Positions 15,107 to 27,800 of a stretch of 64,000 bases of DNA are shown here, piece after piece. A program made the translations under genes and the position numbers. Numbering within the stretch: position 1 is the stretch's first letter; the number at the start of each line of letters is the position of its first letter. The notes under the pieces were generated by a model, which was not told where the DNA came from, did not search any database, and saw nothing but the letters and a program-made list of their open reading frames with translations. Source of the DNA: Paraspadella gotoi (lineage: Eukaryota > Animalia > Chaetognatha); NCBI GenBank assembly GCA_051294375.1, contig CM119271.1, positions 4,080,093-4,144,092 of the forward strand, given 5' to 3'.

Positions 15107-16429
15107 AAAGAAAGAAAGAAAGAAAGAAAAAAAGAAAGAAGAAAGATAATAAAGTGCGCGAAAAAAGAAAGAAAGAAAAAGAAAGATAAAGAGCGCGAAA
15201 AAAAAAAGAAGTTGGATTCGGACTTCCATATCTCCTCATATTAATCAAACAAAAACGAAAGTAACAAAAAAAACAAAAGAAATAGAGGCAACCGGGGAGC
15301 TGTTCTAATATGAACGAAATGATGTTAATAAACCCGAAAAAAAAATAATCCGTTTATAGCGAAATCAATAATTCATCGTCGGGAAGTCAAACAGACGGTG
15401 GGAGGTAGAAGAAGAAAGGAGAGAGATAGAAGGAGAAGAAGTAGAGGAAAGGAGTTTAAGAATGAAGGGAAGAAGAAGAAAAATAGGCGAGGGAGGAGTA
15501 AGAGGAAGTGAAGGAAAGAAGTATGAGAAAAGGAGCTAGTTTAAGAAATAGGAAACAAGAATGTGTTGCGCCGCAGTGACTGACTTATCACGTGTATTTC
15601 TCGTGACATGAATGACAAGAGCTCGTATATTTATAACATGCACTGCATCAAATTCCGTCTTTTATTCTATTTTAGTTTTAGGATTTCCTGAGGCGGCGCG
15701 AGCCAGTCCCTAGATTGAGGTCTTTTCCTGTCTTAACAAAAAGAGCCAATTCTTGGAAATTATATGCATTTTTAAACGTATGTGGGACAGACCGATAGAC
15801 AGACATACCGACCGACGGACCGACGGACGAACGAAATGACTAAAAATGGAAACGAAGGTAATAAGAGAGAAACGAAAGAAAAGGCAGATGAAAACAATTG
15901 CTAAAGAAAAGAGTTTTGATTTTAAAAAAGAAATGTAACACTAAGGTAGTTTGTCGATTTTTTTCTTACCATTTTTAAATCGATAAAAATGTAAATCTTC
16001 ATCGATCACACATAATTTCGGGAAAGTCGATCCGCACAGCCGACCCTACACCAGACAGACATCATCAACAAATCAACAAAAGAGCAACGGGATGACCATT
16101 AGGCATCAGGCGGTGAAGCTCTCCTACGAAGAATGGCGCGTTGAAGCCTCAATGACGTCCGAAGCCGACGATTTGCTTGCTCTTCACACAACGAGTTGCA
16201 GGGGTGGAGAAAAGAAAGGGGGAAGTGGATGAGAGGGAGAGGGATAAAAACAAATAATGGGTAAGATGAAAAGGAGACATGACAGGAAAAAAAGAAGGTT
16301 GAAAAAAAAAGTGGGAAAACAGTTAAGATGGATAAAAAAATATATCCGAGAAAGGAGAAAAGTTGTGACAAAAAAAAAAACGGACAAAATGGAGAGACTG
16401 GAAAATGGGGTCACTGTGATCGAAAAGTG
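9274..16429 (+). repeat. About 7.1-kb direct duplicate of 19100-26189
   Basis: Colinear from ttgccttttttgtctcaagtccataaagag to ggggtcactgtgatcgaaaagtgag. Differences are mostly small indels. Starts exactly at a 25-N gap. Confidence 0.9.
11480..13609 (+). pseudogene. Multiply frameshifted copy of mucin exons 1-2 inside the 9.3-16.4 kb duplicate; more likely assembly artefact than true pseudogene
   Basis: Colinear with 21300-23367 but with many scattered 1-2 nt indels. No copy of exons 3-4 (transmembrane helix) follows. Confidence 0.55.
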
Positions 16430-17030
16430 AGAGAGAGAGAGAGAGAAACGCCCCCAGCATTCATGGTTTATGCAGAGTCTTGGAGGTTTCATGACTACGG
16501 AATGAAGCACCGTCGCGTCGACGACGACGACGACGACGACGACAATGACAACGACGAATTTACCGAGTGGCTTTTTTTTCTCTCTTGGCGCCAAGAATCA
16601 TCGGCGGTGGGCGTGTCTCTTCGACGGCGGCGGTGGCGGCGATGAGGAAGTTGGTCTCGTGGGTCCGTCGTCAGAAGTGGCATCAAGTGGCGGTCGATGG
16701 AATTCGGAAGTCATATGGAGAGAATAGAGAATTGGCGGGGCTGAGGTTAGAGAGACAGAGACAGAGACAGATCTGTTTTTCTTTTTTTTTGTTCCTGTGT
16801 CGGCGCTTACGTCGCCAACGGTCGCAACGCCCGTTGAACTTTCTCGTGTCTAATAGTTTGATTTTTTAACAAATATCAAGGGAAAATAAACATACAATAT
16901 GAAATAATAATGTTTTGCTAAAAATTTGGCATGAAAATCATACACATTTATTCTCAAAAAAAAAAAAAAATCAAACCCGGTGATTCCCGAGTGTAATCGA
17001 AAAATAAAAGTGTTTTGCTGATGATAACAA

Positions 17031-17149
17031 GACAAGAGCGACATCTGCAAGAAACAAAAGACAATAGCGACATCTGCAAGAAACAAAAGACAAGAGCGAC
17101 ATCTGCAAGAAACAAAAGACAAGAGCGACATCTGCAAGAAACAAAAGAC
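17031..17149 (+). repeat. 29-bp tandem repeat x4 (GACAAGAGCGACATCTGCAAGAAACAAAA)
   Basis: Units start at 17031, 17060, 17089 and 17118. Confidence 0.92.
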
Positions 17150-17736
17150 GCCCAATAAGAAAGAGAGAGTGACTCTTTTTTCTTAATATCGTAAAAACGC
17201 GTCGAAGGAGACGAAGGAAACGATTTCGAAATGGAGGGGGGCGGCGCACGAGGAGGGGGGGGGAATCTCTCGGATCCGCAATCGACGAAATTGACGTCGC
17301 AATATTTTTTTTTCTTCATTTCGCGCGATGAAAAAATATAAAGATGGCGTCGAAATGAATCGACCGTTGGCATATCGACGCCGTCGGGAGATAAGAAGAT
17401 TGAAATCTTTGTCGGTAAGACGGTGGCCGACAATAGATGGCGATACGATGTCGAAGTGACCGACAAAGTGACAGTTTGGTCCTTGGTTACGATCCGGCGA
17501 ATCCGAAAAAAAAAAGTTTGGATATCGGATTATATTGTTATAAAAATATATATGAAGAACAAAAAGTAACCACTGGAAAATATTGAAAAAGTAAGACAAA
17601 AGAAAAGAAAAAGAGAAAACTAAAAAAAAAAAAGAAAAGAAAAAAAACTCGACGAAACAATCTAAGAAAGAGAGCCTCGTATTACCTTTGGGAAGAGGCG
17701 TTGTCAATTTATTGAGAACAACGCTCTCGATATGAG

Positions 17737-17831
<95 letters not shown>

Positions 17832-19121
17832 CCATTTTCTCCAAGCTCATCTTTTGATTCATCTCTCGGAAACCATTTGTTTTTTTTCCCCCCCCCTCCG
17901 CCCCCGACGGCAAAAAAAAAAAAAAAAAAAAAAAGGCCGGAGGAAATCTGCGCAGAAGATTAAAGGAAAGTCAGTTGCACGCCCGTCCACAGGAGGTTCA
18001 TTATGTTTATTGGATAATATTTATTGTTTATTTATTCTCTTTATTTTCTTTAAGTTTTATTATGAAATTGGTATATTATAAAGGCAAGTAATCTCGGCCA
18101 GTGAGTCAAAATGCTTCTTGTTATAAAGATGACAAAGTACTTGTTTCACTATTTCAAATGTCTTAATCTTAAAATATTTAACAAACATGGTTTTATTCAT
18201 TTTATTTGTATTTTTCTCCTATTTTTTATCTTCTCCTTCTAATTATCTAAAATTTTTTAAAAAAATTATCCATTACTGGGAATAGAAATGGAGTGAGCAT
18301 CTGTACGAAGCAAGGATAAAACTACTAAAGTTTTTTTGAGGAGGAAAAAAAAAACAACGTATTTTGTCGCTCGAGATTTTAATCACGTCACCAAATCCGA
18401 AGTTCCGTGACAAAAAAAAAGAATACTCATGTGACGAAGACATGAAGGTCGGGCCGTTGCTAAGTAACGCCGGAAAACAAAAATTCCTTTTGTGGCCCTT
18501 TTTGGCCCTTTTTAGTAGCTCGTTAGTCGAAAGTCGAAATTGGTGATGTGAAAATCTTAAATTGATTTTTTTTGTAGAAACGGAGTGCTTGTCACGACTA
18601 CCTTAAAACGTAATTCTTATCTTACTTATTAATCATTACATTGACGAACCAACAGAAAGAATTGTGGCTTTTTAGCCGCCAGTAAATAACTAAATATTTC
18701 TTTCATCACATTTTCTTTTGAGAAAACTTTTCAACGCAGCGAGAAGCGCGACGTTTGACATAACAACAGGAAAGAATCGAAAGAACAAAGATGCTTTTTT
18801 CAAAAAAAGAAAAAAAAAAACTAAAAAAAAAAAACAAATGATCAAGATGGAAAACAACGGGAGAACTTCGCATCAAACGTCTTTTCCGCCATCGCCTTCA
18901 CTTCTACCGTCAGATGGCTTCTTCGGCGGAAAACTTGTCACCAACGAAGCAGACTGCCTTTTTTTTTTAAATTTTAAGTGTCGACGACGACGACGACAAC
19001 GACAACGACGACGACAACGACGACGAGGGAGAGCGCACCTCAGGCGGGAAAGAATCGCGTGGGCGTCTTTGATAACTGCACTAAATCTTTCATGCTTTAT
19101 TTCTCTCTCTCTTTCTCTCTC

Positions 19122-19175
<54 letters not shown>

Positions 19176-19295
19176 TCTCTCTCCTCTCTCTCTCTCTCTT
19201 TCTCTCTCTTCTTTTCCTTTTTTCTTGCCTTTTTTGTCTCAGGTCCATAAAGAGAGGAGAAGAAATTGAGAGAGCTGTGGAATGAGGGGAAAGGG

Positions 19296-19379
<84 letters not shown>

Positions 19380-20814
19380 AGACCAAGAAACGTACACTCC
19401 AAATTAATTTATTGCAGCGATGCTCTTCTGAATTTCTTGGAAAATACTAAAAAAATTTAAAATTTAAAATATAAAACCACTTCCTTTACATGAAAAATTA
19501 AGAAACCTGCATAATGCATATATTTTTTGTGGAAACACAAATATGTGAAACGAAAGTTTTAGTCAATTTAAAAACCGCAATGGTCGGTAAATTTTTTTAT
19601 TTTGTTTTAAAAGTCATTAATCCTTATGTCTGTGTCTATGTGACATGTTAAGGAAAGCGGACTTAAGTCGTGGAGGTCGCATTAGTTAAGTTTAAAAGCA
19701 ACAAGTCGATTTTGCTTTATACTAATGGATGCTTTAGGCCAATGTTGATTTTTTTTTTTTTTTCATATTGTGCATATTTCTTGCAGAAAAAAAAAATGTT
19801 GATTCAAAATTTAAGAAAGATATAGTAAAAATCCATTAGAGCATTAAAATAAAAAAAAGCATAAAACTTTTACGTTATCAGAAATATTCTTTTTTTTATT
19901 CTTAAAGAGTTTTCCAAATCGGTACCACTATTTTTCAAAAGCTCCCCATTTCTGTTCTAATACTTGTACTCGATTTTAAATCAAATATCTAATCCCAATT
20001 TCTTCCTAAATATTTAAAAATAATTCCAAATACTAACCCCTTATCTAACCCTAACCAAATCTTTAAACCATTTCCTTAATATCTAAACTTAATCTGTAAA
20101 GCGATACCTTAACCTTCGACCTTGATGTTAATCCACAACCCTAACCTTTAACCAAGTCTCTAACCAAATCCTTAACTTAATGCTTATCTCTAACCCCTAA
20201 CCTTAATGCTTATATCTAGCCCTTAACCTAATCCTTAAACTTAAAAACTAATTCAATTTTAAATTAAAACTGTATTGGGGTACTTTTGGAAAATATACAC
20301 ATATTACAAATATAGTCTCTAAATTTTTAATTTTTGTTTTTTCAATATCGGAGAAAGGGAGCTCCTTTTCTCTTCCGTCCCTCTCTGTCAATTTGTCTCG
20401 CTTTCTTTCTTCTTCGCTATTATATTTCGTAGAATTTATATATAAATGTAATCTTCTATATTCAATATTATTCAATATACAATACAGTAAGATAACAATT
20501 TGCTTTCGGCCATATACAATAAAAATATAACATCTGAAGTAATACACTAATCTAACTTCGCTAAAAAACAAAAATTAAATCCAAATTTTCAATAGGCAAC
20601 AACAACAACAACACGACAACGACAACCAAAAAAAAAAAAAAACTAAACGAGAAGCAAATCAAAAGTCAAACTCAAAAGGGAAAAGGAAAAAAAAATAATA
20701 ATCGATCCCCTGAGTCGACGTCATCGACGAAACACTCAAAAAAAAAAAACTCTTATTTTTTCTTAGCAACGTCATTGTTGAGAGTCCTTGTTACCGGTAA
20801 TCCTCAAGAGTCGA

Positions 20815-20861
<47 letters not shown>

Positions 20862-21299
20862 AATAGAACTTTCGCGACGACAATCGTTTCTCTCTAACTC
20901 TCTCTGTCTCTCTCTCTCTCTCTGTCTCACTTATGTCACCCTCACATTTTTTTTTCCAAATTTAATTTTTATCGCGATACAAAGACAAGAAAATATAAAA
21001 AAGTCAATAAAAAAAGACGAAACTAATAAAAAAAAACCCAAAAAATAAGAATAACGAGATCGGAATCCATTATTTATATACAAAATCGTCGCGATAATAT
21101 AAAATTTTTATATATATTCTCCATTTCTAAATCGACAAAAAAAAAAACAAACTCTCCAACGGAAAAAAAAAAGCTTTTAGCAAGAGTTAAAAAGTAAACA
21201 AGAATCGAGATTAATTCAAAAAATAAACTATTTTTAAAAAAATACCCGTTCTTGACGATAATAACGAATGATAAACAAACAAACATCAACGTAAACAAA

Positions 21300-24200
21300 A
21301 TGATATCGCCGTTCGGACTTTTTTTCGTTTGTTTATTGACGACGAATTTGGTTCCGTCCATCGTCGCCGAAGATCCCACGGTTGCGGCAACCGAAGCAAC
21401 CGATTCTGCATCTGTACCAACGACGGATGCAGGTACAGATGCAGCGACAGATTCACTAACGGATGCATCAACTGTAGCAGTGACCGATGCTGCTACAGAT
21501 TCGACAACAGACGCAGTAACCGAAGTTACGACGGCTGCGGCAACAGAAGCAGTAACCGAAGTTACGACGGCTGCGGCAACAGAAGCAGCTACGGATGCAG
21601 CAACAGAGGAGACGACGGCGGCGCCGACATCTGCGGCAACAGATGCGGCGACAAACGCGACAGATGCCGTCACGGAAGAAAACAACGCGACGTCGACGAC
21701 GCCGAACGTTACCGAGGCCGAGACGACGCAGCCGCCGCCGACTACAGCGCCGACGACAGCGACGCAGCCGCCGCGGCGCCGCATCGTCCTCACCATGACG
21801 CTGACCATCGCCGACGTTTCGAAGGTCGAGTGCGAGAAGGTGAAGGCGAAGTTTGACGAGGGCGACCCAACGACGACGATGGCGACGACGACGATGGCGA
21901 CGACGACGATGGCGACGACGACGATGGCGACGACAGACGATGGCGACGACGACGATGGCGGCCGTGGACGACGACGAAGGATGGCGACGACGACATAGGG
22001 CGTCTGCAACATCAGAGGTTGCGACGCGGGACGGAGCAGCGACGACGGCAGCTGCCTCCCCAGCGTCAGACGCCTCCCCGCCGGCCGTCACCACCTCAGC
22101 GCGAAGGCGTCGGGAAGCGGGGCAGGAGGCGGAGGCGTCGACGGCGGCAGCGGAGAAGGCGGTGAACGAGAAGACGTTCCTCGAAGACGCGACGAAGGCG
22201 TGGACGAAATTCGTAGAGGACGCTGGCGGCGTCAACGCGACCGCCAAAATAACTGCGGTTAGTCAGAGGAGGAGGGGGAGGAGGGGGAGGAGGAGGAGGA
22301 GGAGGAGGAGGAGGAGGAGGGGGAGAGGAAAGAGGAGGTTGAAGGCAAGTATTCCGTCAGAATAAAAGCCTTCCCCCTGGCGGGTGGCTAGGGTCGACGC
22401 CGGGAGGTTATACCTAAGGATAGCCTCTGGGGGTGAGCAAAACCTATATACCTAGGTGTGTCCCCAAGGGGGATAGTTTCTTTAGCATTTAGGGGCAGAC
22501 CTATGGCAGATCCCTTTGGGGTACAAAAAATTGCCTTCGACAGGGGTAACCCCTAAGTATAAAAAAACCTTCTTAAATGAAGCCAAGCTTTCTTAATCAA
22601 GTAAGTTTTATTGTTCCCACAAAGAATTAGCATTGGGAGTGTCCTTGTAAAAGTCAAAAATTTATTCACCAAGGGTTAGCCCCTAGGAGTCACCCCTTAG
22701 TATATTGCATTAATGGCGCTCTTAAATGATTAAAAATTTTTTCCCCTTGGGATAGACTGCCCCAGGGGGCAGCCTCTTCTATCGTCCCAAGGGGAAGGCT
22801 TTTTGAGCGACGGTATATCTCGTTGAAGGCGGAGGTGTATTGCATTGGACGTTGCGGATTCAAGGATGAGATTGGTATATAAAACTGGAATAAAAAAGTA
22901 CAAATATTTAACAAATACTAAATATTGAGAACGAGAATTTAACAAGAAGCAAATTTTAAAATTCAGCATGAAAGTTTTAAATTTGATAACTGTGATTAAT
23001 GATAAATGATTATGACGAATATTTTGATGATGATGATGATGATGATGATGTTGCTGATGATGATGATGATGTTGCTGATGATGACTAAGATTTTTATAAT
23101 GATGATGATGATAATAATAATCTTGATACTTTCAATCAATAATCTCCCCCTCGATGCCTACCCCCGAATCCGATCTCTCCAACCCCCGAACCCCCACAGG
23201 TGTACTGCGGGTCGATCTCCCTCGACCTCACCGTCGCCGCCAGCTCCCCGTCCGAAGAGGCCCTCAAGGATGGCATGGAGGCCAAAGCGGACGAGGGCCT
23301 CGACATCCAAGGCTTCGAAGTCTTGCCGAGGGAGATCAAGGCTGGAGTCAAGTGGGCAAGGCCGAAGGTGAGGTTTCATTTAGTTGTTGTTGTTGTTGTT
23401 GTTTTGTACATAAAAACTGGAGAATTAGGCCGATGGTAATGTCAATCATCATCATTACTATGGTGTGGTTGTAACTTTGTTGGAAGTGGTTTTATGTACA
23501 ATGAAAATGATACGATTAAAACAATGAGAAAAACATTGATAGGGAAGCCAGGTACTCTGGGAGTGAATAAACAAGACTGTGAGAGAGCCTTGATTGAAAA
23601 CTTGCCGGGAACAGCTATAAGAGCCTTAAACTAGCCATAGCCGATGAAATTTAAATACTAAAAATAATCTATCATGAGCATAGATTATAGTATTAAAATA
23701 TTTTTTGTCAAAAATGCTTTCTTCTGATGGTACTAGCCTAATTACTATATAGAGAATTTTTTTTTAGTCTTTTAATTTTTTGATGGATTCTGATAGCGCA
23801 TAAAAAGTTAAACGAGAAATATAATTACAGCTTTCAAAAATTCTTACATTTTCTCTGTAAAAATTTAAAAAAACTGATAAAATCATCGAAAGATGATGAT
23901 GATGATAATTTTTTCCGTTTTTTCTTATTTTTTACCTACTTATCATAATTATATTTAAAAAAGAATTATACTTAATATAGACAACTTTATTATGAATCTG
24001 GTCTTAAAATTTACAATTTTCCTCCAAAAATTTGGCCTTTCCCATCTATAAATAAATATTTAAAAATTAATTACTAGGGTATAGAGCCATATAAAATTTT
24101 TTTGACTACTCCCATTGAGTGCAGCTCCCCCTACTTAAACCATCAAAGCCTGTCCAAAGTAAGGGCAAGATAGCTTATTTATTAAATGAAAGGATAATTT

Positions 24201-24607
24201 TTATATTGGTTGTACCAACCGAAGAAGGTGGAGAAGAGTCTCCGTAAATTCTACGGAACGGGTACTTGTCTTGGAACAAGGCTTTGGGGTCGCTCCGGCT
24301 TACGGCTGGCCTCCCTCTCATCTAGGACAACCAATTAGTATTTTCTTTTAAATCAATCTTTTAAAAGAAAAGTTTGCGAAACGTCTTTGAACTTACCCAC
24401 AACCAACGTCAGTTTTATTTTTTGTCCCTGATGTTAAATGTTAAGTCTTAAGATAATTCATATTTTCTCGCGTCAAGAGTTTTTTTTCTTTACGGGATCG
24501 ATTTTTGCTTTTTCTCAAACAACAAAGAATCATTGAAAAAAACTCAGGCTAACGCATTTTTTTTTCCTCGTTTCTACCTCTGTTTCGTTTTTTTTTCCCC
24601 CTTGAAC

Positions 24608-24658
<51 letters not shown>

Positions 24659-24774
24659 AATCGATAGAAGAGAAAACCTTTCCGTTCTCAAATACGCAAT
24701 CATGCTTGGTTGATTCCGTTGAAGAGGAGCAAACATCGGGAAAATAACACAGGGCGGCGGTACCATCATTGTGA

Positions 24775-24872
<98 letters not shown>

Positions 24873-27800
24873 AAGTGCGCGAAAAAAAGAAAGAAAGAAA
24901 GAAAGATAAAGAGCGCGAAAAAAAAAGAAGGTTGGATTCGGACTTCCATATCTCCTCATATTAATCAAACAAAAACGAAAGTTAACAAAAAAAACAAAAG
25001 AAATAGAGAGCAAACCGGGGAAGCTGTTCTAATATGAACGAGAATGATGTTAATAAACCCGAAAAAAAAAATAATCCGTTTATAGCGAAATCAATAATTC
25101 ATCGTCGGGAGAGTCAAACAAGACGGTGGGAGGTAGAAGAAGAAAGGAGAGAGATAGAAGGAGAAGAAGTAGAGGAAAGGAGTTTAAGAAGAAGGAAGAA
25201 GAAGAAAAATAGGCGAGGGAAGGAGTAAAGAGGAAGTGAAGGAAAGAAGTATGAGAAAAGGAGGATAGTATTAAAGAAGGTAGGAAACAAGAATGTGTTG
25301 CGCCGCAGTGACTGACTTATCACGTGTATTTCTCGTGACATGACATGACAAGAGCTCGTGTATTTATAACATGCACTGCATCAAAATTCCGTCTTTTATT
25401 CTATTTTAGTTTTAGGATTTCCTGAAGGCGGCGCGAGCAGTCCCTTAGATTCGAGGTCTTTTCCTGTCTTAACAAAAGAGCAATTCTTGGGAAATTATAT
25501 GCATTTTTAACGTATGTGGGACAGACCGATAGACAGACATACCGACCGACGGACCGACGGACCGAACGAAAAGTGACTAAAAAATGGAAACGAAGGTAAT
25601 AAGAGAGAAACGAAAAAGAAAAGGCAGATGAAAGACAATTGCTAAAGAAAAGAGTTTTGATTTAAAAAAAGAAATGTAAACACTAAGGTAGTTTGTCCGA
25701 TTTTTTTTTCTTCCATTTTTAAATCGATAAAAATGTAAAATCTTCATCGATCCACACATAATTTCGGGAAAGTCGATCCGCACAGCCGACCCTACACCAG
25801 ACAGACATGCAATCAACAATCAACAAAAGAGCAACGGATGACCATTAGGGCATCAGGCGGTGAAGCTCTCCTAACGAAGAATGGCGCGTTGAAGCCTCAA
25901 TGACGTCCGAAGCCGACGATTTGCTTGCTTCTTCACAAGCAAACGAGTTGCAGGGGTGGAGAAGAGAAAGGGGGAGAGTGGAGTGAGAGGGAGAGGGATA
26001 AAAACAAATAATGGGGTAATGAGAAAAGGAGACATGACAGGATAAAAAAGAAGGTTGAAAAAAAAAGTGGGAAAACAGTTAAGATGGATAAAAAAAATAT
26101 ATCCGAGAAAGGAGAAAAAGTTGTGACAAAAAAAAACGGACAAAAATGGAGAGACTGGAAAATGGGGGTCACTGTGATCGAAAAGTGAGTATGGGGAGCT
26201 GATTATCATAAGGAAACGAAAAGAACGGATCGCTATATGTAGTCGGGCATTGCCTAGGTTCACCTCGCCTATAAGCATGACACTTTCAATTTTAACCCGG
26301 TGGCTCATTGGGAAGCGTGAGAACGGCCGTAAGCCACCTTGGGGGTGTGGTAAACCCTCAAGCCTGGTTCCAAGCTCAGGACCCGTTCCATGGCTGCTAG
26401 AGGGGGTTATAGAAGTTACGGATAGTCATCTTCAGCCCACTTAGCGCCTTATCCACATATATCTACGACAACATTGGGTACAGCCACAAAGCAGTCAAGA
26501 TTGGAGCGGAAATGTTAAAGAAACGAAAAGAGGGAGGACTGGGATTTTCGAGCGGACGAGATGTTCATTTGTCATTTCGGCGGACAAAAGAAAAATGAAT
26601 CTCGTCGGCGTCGTTAGAGGGACAGAGAGGGACTTTTTTGACCAATCCCCTTTTTTTTTTCTTTGTCGAGAAAAAAAAATTGAACAGCGGGAAGAAAGAT
26701 TGAAGATACTGGAATATGGACGTCGACGATGACGGCGACGATGACAGAGACGTCGGTGACAGAGGCCACTTCTGACACAGAGTGACAGCGACTGTCGGGG
26801 ACTGATACGAGACGACGCGCGAAATGCGTGAAACTTGTCTTTGACGTTGACGTCAACGAGAGAGACAGAGACGAAAAAAAAAATATAGTGTCTGGAATCT
26901 GGATGGAGGAAAGGAGAGAAAGACGATCAAAAAGGAACGAATTACTTAATCTCGTAGGGTAGCTTAAAATGAACTTGACTTAATGACTATATCAGACCCT
27001 AAAAGTAACCAAAACTAACCATATATATTGCGAACTCGTTTTACACCTTAATTTTAATTTCCTCTCATTGAAATGTCGATTTATTGACAATTAAGATTTT
27101 TATTTATCTTTCCAAATCCTGTTGATTATTTTCCCAGGATGAGGGCGATAAAAAGCCGAGGGAGATTTTAACCAACAATCCGGGACTCACCGAGGGCTCG
27201 ATAGCAGGTAATACAGTATGATTTTTTTCAATTGTAACATTTCCTGTAGCGATATCTCAGAGTCCCTTCACCCTAGGTACTTAAATTATGGCTCATTTTA
27301 CAGCCTGCTGTCTGGCATTTTTAGATCGATCAATTTTTACATTATTCTAATAACTTCTAGTCCCCAATGAACTCGTCAAATTTGTCAATCAACTTTTGAT
27401 TTGTTTACCTTTTAATGTTTCACGTTGTCACAAGTTACTCACAACCAATCAAAACTTATTTAAATTTATATTCTAATATTTATATTCTAATATTTATTCT
27501 TTAAAACTTGGTACAGGTTTTGTTTTCGTGCATTGAACAATAATATGACTAATGCTTTACAACATATTTTACATATTTTAGCTCTCAGTAGTATTTTGAT
27601 ATTTGAATTCACTTAAATTATATTTCATTTTAAAGAGGAGAAAAAATGCTACATGTTCTTTACCTCATATTTTTTTTGCTTTCATTTTAAGTACATTTTA
27701 AAAAAAAATTGGAAAATTGTATCGATGAAGTTTCAAATTTGACCTCCTCTTAATAGACGGTCACTAAATAAAGAAGACTCATTACAAATATGTTGAATTA

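Noticed and set aside
17031-17149. CRISPR-like appearance of 29-bp repeats (also the 16- and 19-bp arrays)
   Set aside because: Units are head-to-tail with no unique spacers, no cas genes are present, and the context is eukaryotic.
16490-17500. GC-rich patches with short protein-like frames (e.g. KKIEIFVGKTVADNRWRYDVEV)
   Set aside because: No convincing splice sites or recognisable motif, so a gene call cannot be supported.
20030-20245. Telomere remnant from degenerate CCCTAA/CCTTAA runs (also 1240-1310 and 42835-42920)
   Set aside because: Runs are highly degenerate, interstitial and embedded in dispersed repeats; there is no perfect array.
21074-22247. Antisense and alternative-frame ORFs over mucin exon 1
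   Set aside because: They are shadow ORFs of a GC-rich repetitive coding exon.
26687-26785. Thr-rich frame TSTMTATMTETSVTEATSDTE* in mucin intron 2 as an alternative secreted-isoform exon
   Set aside because: The nearby AG acceptors (26670, 26687) do not put it in phase 0 with exon 2; both phase-0 readings hit early stops.
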